Source: Candidatus Aenigmatarchaeota archaeon
GTDB lineage: Archaea; Aenigmatarchaeota; Aenigmatarchaeia; Aenigmatarchaeales; Aenigmatarchaeaceae
Direction: 5' to 3'
DNA: 62,141 nucleotides
NCBI GenBank assembly: GCA_011773475.1
Contig: WVXN01000047.1
Location: 1,979 to 64,119 of the forward strand
This document shows, piece after piece, positions 62,097-62,141 of the stretch (its first letter is position 1; each line of letters begins with the position of its first letter). The notes below the pieces were generated by a model. That model made no database searches, was not told the DNA's origin, and was given only the letters and a program-made list of their open reading frames with translations. The translations under genes and the position numbers were made by a program.

Positions 62097-62141
62097 GCCT
62101 CGGTAGTATAGTGGTTAGTATACGAGCCTGTCGAGCTTGTG
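62097..62141 (+). tRNA. tRNA-Asp (GTC), 5' part only (cut by window end)
   Basis: gcctcgg-ta-gtatagtggttagtatac, then anticodon stem cgagc/gcttg with loop ct-GTC-ga. Collinear with archaeal tRNA-Asp. TATA gtatttaaatat ~30 nt upstream. Confidence 0.65.

Overview
AT-rich (roughly 30% GC by eye) archaeal chromosome segment, most consistent with a small-genome DPANN-type archaeon. Archaeal markers: aIF2-gamma, aIF5B, S6e, eS26, RpoF, Sec61-beta, RtcB plus archease, bulge-helix-bulge (BHB) introns in 23S rRNA and tRNA-Tyr, and class-III-signal pilins. Most first genes have a TTTAAAT-type TATA box about 27 nt upstream of the ATG (leaderless mRNAs). GGAGGTG-type Shine-Dalgarno (SD) sites appear mainly inside operons. 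Gene order: 3' end of 23S rRNA (with a 180-nt intron), RNase P RNA, DEAD-box helicase, membrane proteins and Sec61-beta, a DUF523-like gene followed by five tiny SD-coupled ORFs, a 9-kb type IV pilus (Tad/archaellum-like) locus, ArgRS, TrmB-like regulators, archease/RtcB, eS26/RpoF/DUF655/MGMT-like/Trm1, a 6-kb isoprenoid operon (GGPP synthase, methyltransferase, IPK, two MVK-like GHMP kinases, MVD homologue), an ~18-kb island of ~35 short mostly orphan genes, an IDI-like Nudix gene, an HMG-CoA reductase C-terminal remnant, aIF5B, TauE, DUF1624, S6e/Zn-ribbon/aIF2-gamma, surface proteins, tRNA-Tyr (intron), 5S rRNA and a partial tRNA-Asp. I recognise no transposase, integrase, CRISPR array, cas gene or reverse transcriptase. 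Most noteworthy: (1) the 33-51 kb island, where genes are joined by three families of long near-identical promoter/junction modules that often include the upstream stop codon, with a 71-bp direct repeat, decayed orphan modules, a GC-rich foreign insert and duplicated promoter-plus-N-terminus units; (2) the SD-coupled array of tiny paralogous proteins at 5.4-6.5 kb; (3) TATA-proximal palindromes inside the mevalonate operon, whose enzyme mix is unusual and whose HMGR and IDI partners look eroded; (4) a canonical A_AAA_AAG -1 frameshift site in an island gene; (5) the BHB intron in the peptidyl-transferase region of 23S rRNA. All functional calls come from motif recognition by eye and memory, with no searches run.
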